Positions 54,472-64,000 of a stretch of DNA of 64,000 nucleotides are shown in pieces. The stretch comes from Trichosphaerium sp. ATCC 40318 (taxonomy: Eukaryota > Protista > Tubulinea), in assembly GCA_038496445.1 (NCBI GenBank), contig JALMLS010000373.1, positions 76,179 to 140,178 on the forward strand, written 5' to 3'. The position numbers and the translations under genes are program-made. The notes under the pieces are model-generated. The model did no database searches and was not told where the DNA came from. It saw nothing but the letters and a program-made list of their open reading frames with translations. How positions within the stretch are numbered: the stretch's first letter is position 1; every line of letters begins with the position of its first letter.

Positions 54472-56575
54472 TTATGAAAATAGATCTTTCCAAGATACAC
54501 GGTTTTTTCTAGCCTCTTCTTTTGCTTTTTCTTCGTCCCTCATACTCTTTAATAAATGCTTATAGTCATCAGAAGATTCTAATCCTTTAACAAAAAGATT
54601 GTACAAAGGATTAGTATCTCGGAATTTTCTTAAAAATTTATATGCCATTGGGAAGTTAACACTGCTAACATAGTTATGTGTTACAGCAACTAAGATAACC
54701 ATAAGATAAAACATCAAGTTATGATATCTTTAAAATCAAATAATCGAAAAAATCACGTGCGTGTATCTGTGAGATTAAGCACCATGTGCCACCAACCGGC
54801 AGGGATAAAAACAACCTCACCTAGAACATTATTTTAAAAACAAAGAGTACTTCAAGTTCAAAGTGTACCTGCATGCTGTACAAACTCTACTGGTTTCATA
54901 CGCCTTGCTTCTTCGTAATACGTAATAAACCACTCTATTACAGTGTCTGCTTGACAAGAAAAACGACCATCTTGATCTGCAACAACACCTAAATATCCAA
55001 AATAAGCCAAATGCTAAGCATTCTAAGCTTTGTTACCTGGTGGCACTTGTTGCGGAGGGAATAAAAGCCACTTCTTTTGACCAGATATTAAAGCATTCCA
55101 CGCGCTAGTACAATCAGGATCTTGGTGAAAAGTAGAACCTACAAGAAAGCTTAACGTTACAGAAACCAAAACATAAAAGCTCCAAAAATGTTTCATACCT
55201 GATCTTGGGGCACCCATAAGAAGCCATCTCCAGTCTGGCCTATCTTTCCCAAGTGTGGAAAATATATCCTCTGTAAACTGTGGAGGTACTTTGTAATCAG
55301 AAGCAAGCTCTGGATATCGTGTTGCAAATTTATCACAAAAAAGATAGATTGGATCATCGCTTGAAATCTGAGCTAACCATGTTGATTAGAGTCAAATAAG
55401 AAAACAGCAATATGCCAACGCTCAACATGTAGGACGAAGAGAGTATGAGTTGGTATTGAAAACGGACGCACGTACAGCTATAGTTTATGTAGTCAACAAG
55501 TTGCATCTCAAGCTTTTTACCATTAACTTCGCAACCAGTTTTAAAGTACTTTTCTCCATAATTCTTAGTCAGGTACTCCTTACTCCACTTATTTGTTGCT
55601 GGCCACCTTTATAACATAATAAGCGATCATATGCATACATAAATCATCTACATACTCTTTTGTTGCATTCGTGAGAACTACAGGGATAGTTGGTACTTCA
55701 TAGTCTTTACGAAATGCATCACAAGAAATTTTAGCATCAACTCGCTTAATTGTATTGTTGTCTAGTAAAGATAAATACTTAACAGCTATGCTACAAATAG
55801 AAGTACGCATTGTAACACTTTGAAGATTGAAAGAAAAAGGAAGTGCAAGTAAGTGAGCTTGAATGCTTCCTTTACGAAACAAAAAGCTTTTTTTAAATTT
55901 TGTTGCACTAATTAAAAAACACGTGATATATCACGTGATGTACCTTGTGACCATTTTAAAAGGTCTACATGCGACCATGCATAAGACATGTATAGAACAT
56001 CAGAATAAAAGTATCGCAGAGTAAGAGATACACCACTGCTTTCTTTATCAGGAGCATTCAATACTGTCCTAATAGAGTTAAATCGAAAAAAGCAACATTT
56101 CTAGTTTCTTGTGTACATCTTCCACGAGTTTTTAAAATGAAGTCTACGGTCTGGAGAACGTAACCATATTGTTTTCCAGAGGTCCTCGACTTGAGAAAAG
56201 ACGTAACAAACGGGACTCGCTTGAGAAAATTTGAGAAGAGTTGAAGTGTCAAGAAGTCTACGAAATAGTCATTAAATAACGTAAATAGAGCGTATTGCGA
56301 TATTTTCTTTGAGTTTAAACGCGTACTTGAGTGTATTAATTAAAACGTCATCTGATAAGCTTGATAGTGCCCCTAGTCCATTCAAACGCGTAATGTGGGC
56401 ATTTCCAGGGCAAAGTAACTGGTTTCCTACTGGCTGAACTCCATATGGATTCTGCGTAGCGGCTAGCGCTGTATTTTACGGTAAACAGCAACATTAATAG
56501 CAGGGAAAGTGTACCTGGGTTTTGAAACCGTTTATTGCTCTGCTTTGCCTCTAATGGACTAGCTTTGCGCTTCAT
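54472..56575 (-). CDS. F-box-like + JmjC domain oxygenase (JMJD6-like)
   Basis: PVVLTN, PIYLF, RPDWRWLLMGAPRSG|STFHQDP (HxD), SAWNALISGQKKWLLFPP, FIPAGWWHMVLNL (distal His). Confidence 0.9.
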
Positions 56576-57050
56576 TGTAGAATATAACGTAATATACGCC
56601 CTTTTACCTTCATTGACATAGGGCACGAAAAGAGAAACAGACGTTCCAAATGTCCAATTACAAACAACGTAGCGGGATGTCTCTCCACGTGATTTCAAGC
56701 ACGTGCCTTTGTAATGCAAACGAATTTCAACTATTTCCAAATGACATTATTTTCAGTCAAACTTGATGCTACAATATTGTAGCACGCATCCACTTTGTTT
56801 CGCTGGATAACGCTCTTTTTACTGCAATATATAGTTGACGCTCGTGCAACAAAAAGTTGACTTCTATTTTTGTAATCTAAAATAAGCGTTTATTATTGTC
56901 GGGTTCGTTTTTCACTAAGGCTAGTATCTCTGATCTCAATAAAACAATTGGCATTTAATGTTGCCTAAACGAGAAACTAGAATTCTGACATGACTTAAAA
57001 CAAAGAAATCTAGTTCATTCTTCCCGCTTTAAAACGTTGATACAACAAAA

Positions 57051-57791
57051 ATGCATGGTCTTTTCAGTCTTCCATTTGACATGCTTTACTACGAGATTAA
57101 ACAGCATTTTGATACAGCTTCATTATTGACGTTTAGAACACTAAATAAACATGCAAAGAGCCTTGTACATGATGATTTCAAGCAATTATACGAAAATGGT
57201 AATGCCGGTTGGAACGCATACTCTCACTCTTTAAGAATGGATGTTTTTAATAAAACAAAAAGCCCTTGTCTTACTGTAGAGAGTATGCACCTACTACATG
57301 CAGACTCAACAGTAGAAACAAAAAAGAAGCATATAGATATAGTAATGATTTTAAGAGTAAAAAGTAAACAAGTACAAAGAGGTGCAAACTTTAAACTTGT
57401 AATGTCATTTGATAATTGGAAAACTGTTGAAATGACATCATGTGATTGGTTCACAAATGTTTCAGTTCTAGACGAAGAGAATGGTTCAGCAGAGCATTCA
57501 AATACTACAATAGAAGAGAGCACATACCAACTATGGAAAGCGCATGTATATAGATACGGTGTCGTATCAGCACTGCCCAAACTCAATTTCTGGTATACTC
57601 TTCAAGCACGCAATATGGAAGAGGATACTTGGAAAAGCATTGAATGGAATGTACAACCATCAAACTTAAGTAGAGTATTCTATGTTGACGCTGGTGAGAG
57701 ATTCAAAATGAAATACGACAACAAAAAGAAACTGTGGCATGGTGCTTACATCAAAAATGAAAGAAAAAGAAAGTTCAGACAACTCATGTAA
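57051..57791 (+). CDS. Intronless protein with F-box-like N-terminus and possible CBM21-like domain
   Basis: 246-aa ORF; LFSLPFDMLYYEIKQHFD; LRVK..LVMSFDNWKT. Confidence 0.65.
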   Translation: MHGLFSLPFDMLYYEIKQHFDTASLLTFRTLNKHAKSLVHDDFKQLYENGNAGWNAYSHSLRMDVFNKTKSPCLTVESMHLLHADSTVETKKKHIDIVMILRVKSKQVQRGANFKLVMSFDNWKTVEMTSCDWFTNVSVLDEENGSAEHSNTTIEESTYQLWKAHVYRYGVVSALPKLNFWYTLQARNMEEDTWKSIEWNVQPSNLSRVFYVDAGERFKMKYDNKKKLWHGAYIKNERKRKFRQLM

Positions 57792-57976
57792 AAAAAACCA
57801 ATCAGTATAAATAAAAAGTACTGGTACCAGTACAATGTAATAGCGTGTTTATCATAGAAGCTTTTTTTAATGTTTTTTTTTTTTTGGGTTCTTTACAATG
57901 ACTGTTTTTTGCATATCCAAATGAAACCGCGTTCCTTTCACTTCCGCGGGTATTGTTGCTGTTAAATTAACTTTTT

Positions 57977-59976
57977 TTAATTAGTAGGTTCACTTTCAGT
58001 CTTTGATGCTGCTTCAGCTGCCATTCTAGCCTTGTTAAGGGCTGATAGAGCGACTACATGTGGAGAAGTCATTTTAGTCTTCAATTCTTCGATTTCGCTC
58101 TTCAAGTTGTTCCACTTCTTCCAGTTGAATCGAGATTTAACGTACAAGTGTCGTACACGACGCTTTTGGAGTCTCAAGAATAGATCCTCGTACTAAACAA
58201 AAAACAATGTAAGCGAACTGCCAAAAAAAACAAAAAACTAGTACGTACTGTATAATCTTGTTGAGTGAACATAAAGAAAAAGTAACCAGCAATAGTAGTT
58301 GCAAGTTGAACAAAGTATGTAATTGGTTCGACAATATCCCAGTTAAAGTCAATCCTAGAAGAGTCCAATGAATAAAAATACCAATGAAAAAAAAAACCAC
58401 AACAAGAATCTACAAAACAACGTACCATACAAAGCGTGCCAATACACCAAATTGGACAGTCAAGTAAGTCATACCAAGGAACTTAATTCTAAATAAAAGT
58501 GAATTAGAACTAATACTACAAAAACAGCGAAAATGGCGTACAAGTTTGCGTGGTTTAGCGCTTTACGGTCTAGAGTATTTTTGAATTCATCCAAAGGGCT
58601 AAAAGAGAGTTTAATAAACAGGAACATCGATACTTGTCACATTGTTAACGTACTTGAATTGCTCCTCTAGTTGCGTTAGCTCAGCTTGAAGGTGAGCTTG
58701 GTTTTTGCTAATATCGGTTAGAAACAATCAAATCCGCTTTAAAGAGATATTGTACCTGATAAGCTGGGAGAATACATCCTTGTTGAGGATTTGGAATACT
58801 TCAGCAGGCTAGAAAATACAATTAGATACTTAATACATGTTTTAAATGTTATTTTCCAAAACTAAAAAAAGGTTTGTACCCTGATAAACAATGTTTGCTT
58901 CAATTGAGGGTTATCTTTGTAATGAAGGACATCTCCAGCAAGGTGAAGAGCATCACAAAGTTGGTGGGCTTCGCCTAAGAGTAAAATATTAGGAGCTGCA
59001 TTACGCTAGCCATCAAAAAACTTTTTTGTTTGTTTGAAGCTTTTTTACTTACTTGGATCCAAACCGAAGGTATCACACAACTCAACGTATTCATCGTATG
59101 GCATATGTATACGTGGATCAGATTTTAATCTTTGACGAATAGCTACGCTAATTCCTGAAGAGTTGTCAGAGAAATACGACAAGAATTAAAACGACAAAAA
59201 AATCAAAACCCTTTTGGTTCATTTTTTACTTCCGTACCTTGTCGGATGAGCGTTAGGACTTCAATGTTACCGAGTGCAGTATCATCTTTGCATCATAATT
59301 AGTTTTAAAGCTTGTTAAACGAGATTTTTCTTTAACGATTTTTCAAAAGCGCTTAAAGTACACTGAATAGGACCAAAGTTGCGCTTGTAATAAGATTTAG
59401 CGATAAATCGTACCGAAAGCTTTGTTTGGGAGAAGCTCTATCTTTTTGTCGTCCAACTGAATAACGAATTTTTCGTCTAGAAGCGTTTCCATGAGAGTAC
59501 AATGAGATATCCTGTTGTCTGGTAAACAAAAACCTCGAAGTTCTCGTGTAACCGCCCTTATCGGTTTTATTCTACGTACCTCTCGCCTCCAACGGTGAGT
59601 GCGGTTACTTCTTGAAGCTGTTCTCCCTCCTCGCGAATGTTTTTTAGTAGAGTACCAAGTGACGTCTCTGGGTACACCGCAAATTCAACAGTTTTGTTTT
59701 CTGCAACGGGTAGGGGTATCGAGGCAACTCCGCGAACGCGATGCCCGACATGAACTTGTGAGACACCAGGGGATCCAGTAACACTTTCTGTAGCGGCGCC
59801 AGTACTTTGTTGAGCGGCTAACTCTTTTGTTTAATTTAGGAGATGTACAACTGTATAGTACCAGCAGCAGTAGTGCAAAAGCGAGGTTTCGTCGCTATCC
59901 GTAATTGTTTGGCAGCGTTAGCATTTCGGCCGCCAGCGCTTTTGAAACGAAGAAAGAGAGTCTGTGAGCGCAACAT
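57977..59976 (-). CDS. MCU: Mitochondrial calcium uniporter
   Basis: Presequence MLRSQTLFLRFKS, coiled coil, and two TMs flanking WDIVEPITYF (DIME-type filter). Confidence 0.92.
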
Positions 59977-60161
59977 TCTAGTATTAAACGGGGTTTACAG
60001 GTCGCCAGCCAATTCAAGACAATGTCGTCACAAAAAGTCAAAAAAGATACAAAAAAATCAATACTCGATTTTTCGCCTTTGATTTTTTTTGCAGTAAAGT
60101 CTATCTCTCCCACGCGCTGGCACAATTCAAAAATGCTCATACATTGGTGATTTCTTAGCGA

Positions 60162-63100
60162 ATGGAAACCCCGTTAAACCTTAATATTGAGGGTACACCA
60201 TCATTCCATACTGTGGTGCCCGATCTACCTCCCGTGTCACCTCGATTTTTTACAAATAGCGCATTGGCGAGTCCATTACATGCGCATCAAGCCAAAGAAG
60301 ATAATTTCATTGAGAAACTTCTTCTAGTCGAAGATGAGCCCTCTGGAGACCTGTTTACCTTTCTATTCGAATTGGCAAGTACAAATTCCTTTTGACACCT
60401 TCTAACGCCACCAAAGTGGATAGAGTTTTGTTATCGCGGGCCATCTGACGTTGAAGAGCTTGATTTTTTTTACATTCTATTCAAACTCGTTGTAGATTGT
60501 GAAACGTACGCCCTTTAATTTAGTATTAGCGACACATAGCCTTTTTAATACTGTAAACGAAATCTTAGAGCCAAGTTTCAAAAAAAACCGCAAAAAACCC
60601 TATTTGACACGACATCAGGCTCCGTCGTATTACAACGCGACCGAAAATATAACCATAGCATTTTGAACGTTTAAAAACCGCTACAAAAGAAATAACAGCT
60701 GAGATTTTTTTTGTTTTTAGAGAGCTTCAGATTACAGCACTTCAACAGATACATCGGCTCGTTGAACAGTCTGTTATCATGCAATATGTTACACGTAAGA
60801 GGTGGTTAGATAAGCTGTTGATGTTACTACCAATACTTGCACAGTCTGACAAGACACTGAGTGCGTTCTTGTTTCTCATTTTTTTGAATGTTTCTTTTTG
60901 CAGAAGTTCGGGTTATCTCTTTTCGTATTTTATTCTCACGCGCTAATTCATTGTTTTTGTACAGGTGAGGTATTTGGTATTGCACGTACACTTTCAGCAT
61001 TCCATATAAATGTCAGACAAGTGAAGATAATATTCAAACTATTTCAAAGCAAACAGAGTAAATTTAAAGTGTTCTACTGGACTCATATATTTCGTTTATT
61101 AACAAAAATATGGAGTAAAGGAGAAAAAGGACCTTCTGTATTTATTAACTTCTCTGGAAGCTCATCAGTAAGCAAATTAATTCAAACATGTGCTTTATTT
61201 TCTTACAAGAAAACTTTTAGGGTTTAGAATTACCTTCTATAAAGTGGCCTTCGAAGGGATACACTTTTTGTACTTGGATACTTGTAGATTCGTTCACATC
61301 GCCTTTTCTAAATTCAAGCGCTACATATGCACCGCATATATACAGGTACGTACTGCTTAGTGTCCTATGAGTGGATGTATAAAAAGTTAACGATGTATAC
61401 AGCTTAGTTACTGAAACTGGTTTGGGTGTTGAAGTTTATTTCACGTCGACTGGACATCTAGTTGTTTCAACTATAAACAGTCTAGAGAAAACTTCTAAAA
61501 ATCAACGTGTTGTTGTAAAGTACAAGTTCGAACAAAGATCGTGGTAAGGCTTAGCACGTGTACTTTTTATTATCTCATGGGCTTTTATCAAGGACGTTTC
61601 TTGCGCTTCAGCACGGCTATAGTTGGCTTACAAGAAGTGAATTAAAGGTTATTATTGATGGAGAATTGGTGCAGACATGCCCATTGACGTACCCAAAGAC
61701 AGATAAGGCACACCAAACATACTGTTTACAGCAATCAACCTTTAGTCTCACAATCTCTAGACTTTCAAAAAATGTCATTTTGGAACGTCTTCGTTTTCTC
61801 CTGGAAACCCTGCAAATTGTCTTCGTGGTGCAACATCAGGATTTGTATTTTTTAATGAAGTCATAAGCTTAAGCGAAGTATCTCAATTATACATGAGAGG
61901 TAACTTTAATAGGAAAAAAAGTTGTTGTGTTCGGTACTGGTTGAGTTCTTATTTTCTTATAATTAGGTCCTGTGGCCTTCTACACTACTCAAGCATTTGA
62001 TGTAAGTATCGAGTATGCATTATGTTTTAAACTCATAGGGTACATAGGATATAAATGGTAATTGGTCAATGCCAGGATTTTTAGGACGTAAGTGTTTTAA
62101 AGTATTTTTTGTTGGAGTTCAGTAAGATTAATAGTTTTTTAATAGGCTCTAATTTGGGACAAAGTCCAAAAATATTGCTTATGTATAGCGCTAAGGTATG
62201 TTGTTCACTCTTGGTGGGAGTATAAAACTAAATGGAGAACCCTCAAAGGCCACAGATGCTCAAAGATGCCTTGATCCATACTTTCTTGATCCTTATCGTT
62301 ATGCTTCTATGTTACAAGGTGTTGCTGTTCGAAAAACATCCGGGATAAAGAATTCTCTATTTTGCGTTGGTGGCATAAAGGTATAAATAGCAAAACACGT
62401 GTTGTTCGTTGTTCGTTTATGTTCTTTCTTTTAGATTTTTTTGCCACTGTTCTCAATGAATTATCGGCCGAATGATTCAAAGGATGTAGACCTTAATCTT
62501 CAAGTAATAACTCTTATTACTACAGTTGTAGAAGTAAGGCATATTCTTAATGTAGTATGACGTATATTAATCTTTCTTACAGGGTGATACATACTATCAA
62601 ACAGAAATGATACAGTCGAATTTTTTTGAGATTATGGGTTTTCTTCTCTCGAATATTGATTTCGTAAAAGTCAACACATGGTCTCCACAGGCGATATCAT
62701 CTTTAGAAAAGCTTGCTTCTGCAATAAGTGATAATGGTAAGTGTTCTCACATGAAGAGTTTATGCTAAATCAGTTGCGCCTAGACCTGCTATTTCGTCAA
62801 TTTTTCAGAAATATTTACCTCAACTTTGACATCTGGGCATTCACTGACTTCTCTCCAAACTTCGCTCTCCTGAGCTATAAAGAGCATATTAAACTCAAGA
62901 AAGAGGTACTGTTACAGTTACTAAATGAGCCTTACACTTTCAAAGCTACGCGATTTGGTTTCTGTAAAAGAGATACTGGATGTTCTCCTTGAACACTACT
63001 CTGATAACTCAGATATGAGACGCCCTATGGACGATAGACAGCTATCTAGCTTGCTTTGCTCCTTCTAGAGATTGCTAAGGAAAGGGATTGAAAGGGACTC

Positions 63101-64000
63101 ACAGCAAAGGATACAAGGTTCATAGTATTGTATCTCCACGAAGAAGTACAAAAAGTGCGTAACAATTTTTCTTCACTTATTTCTCACTCTTTTTTCAACA
63201 GGATTCTGAAAAGCAACTGTTCATAGATGTGCTACAACTCCTTCTTGTCTGTCTAACAGAACATACAGATATTGTTTACAATAATGTATTACAGCTTGGT
63301 GGAGGTATATCTCCATTTTTTCTCTACTACAAGCCAAGTCTGAACGTGCACGTGTATGGGCACTTAAGATTATTGGAAAACTACTTGGACATTCATCAAA
63401 GCTTCATTATTCCTGATTTTGACTTTTTGGCTATCAACTATATATCAAAGAACAAGGGCTTCGCGTTGAGTACACATAAGACGTTAATGGAACTTGCACT
63501 TGATGTTATTTCTGTAACAACTGTTACTAGTCCTATTGATTTGATTCAACTTAATATGGACAATGCCAATAGTGTTGATGTTCCAGTTGTTCGTTATCCA
63601 AAGATCCTTAGAGTTTTATTAGACTTGGCTAGTAAGACAAAAGAAGTAAAATTAAAGACGTACGTTATTTGTTGAGTGAGAGCAAGGGGCAGGAAATCAT
63701 GATCTAAGACTTTTTACTTATTTTATTTTTCATAGTAAAGTAATCAAAGACGTCATGTTTCTTATGGTTCATTCCCATGCTAATCGAACTATTTTAATCA
63801 CTGACAATGCTTGGCCTGTTTGGATATTACAATTCATATCTAACTCTGTAAGTTCTCGAAAGGATAACGTACAAGGGTTTTTCTGATACCAAAACCATTT
63901 AGGTTGATGAAGATGAATACAACTACGAAAGATTATTGCAGAGTTCATGTCGGTTATGGTCCTACATCTTTTGATACAGGTATGAAATAGGAAAACTCCA
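60162..64000 (+). CDS. Neurobeachin/LRBA-like BEACH-family protein, N-terminal part
   Basis: GPSVFINFSGSSS|GLELPSIKWPSKGYTFCTW (ConA-like), SELKVIIDGELV, SLFCVGGIK|IFLPLF, IYLNFDIW; runs off right edge, BEACH domain itself not in window. Confidence 0.85.

Noticed and set aside
30540-57791. Endogenous giant-virus segment
   Set aside because: No viral core genes; virus-like genes are interspersed with intron-rich housekeeping genes of similar composition
57977-59976. MCU as a novelty
   Set aside because: MCU is well known in amoebozoans; the DIVE filter variant keeps the key D and E residues
1273-60140. Many short ORF-track entries antisense to or overlapping real exons (e.g. 1273-1587, 10901-11248, 57224-57586, 59599-59781)
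   Set aside because: Shadow ORFs with no motifs, explained by the gene on the opposite strand or in another frame
1-64000. Prokaryotic reading (operons, CRISPR, toxin-antitoxin from YwqK-like repeats)
   Set aside because: Genes are split by spliceosomal introns and encode eukaryote-specific proteins; no repeat-spacer array and no cognate toxin seen
1-64000. Alternative genetic code to explain the fragmented ORFs
   Set aside because: Breaks coincide with GT/GC..AG introns, and TAA, TAG and TGA all serve as terminal stops

Overview
AT-rich, gene-dense, intron-dense eukaryotic DNA with short GT-AG (some GC-AG) introns and the standard genetic code. The gene content (CLU-LRR protein, RGS-kinase, PL14 lyase, MCU, BEACH protein) suggests a free-living protist, most likely an amoebozoan (inference). 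The ORF track mostly shows exon fragments, so gene models were spliced by eye and some boundaries are approximate. The roughly 22 genes include calpain, an SDR, an NHE, a redoxin, an RGS-kinase, CLU-LRR, F-box/ankyrin/AAA-like, an enlarged mitoribosomal S18, ATG5, NRK, CENP-X, JmjC, MCU and a partial neurobeachin. Three signals stand out. (1) A 9.5-kb gene fuses a signal-peptide-led clan GH-A glycoside hydrolase to a complete GT48 1,3-beta-glucan synthase. (2) A ~7.7-kb palindrome (32969-40674) holds a PL14 lyase, a truncated mirror copy and two diverging F-box/TBC paralogues. (3) CACGTG is strongly over-represented. No rRNA, tRNA or CRISPR was recognised.
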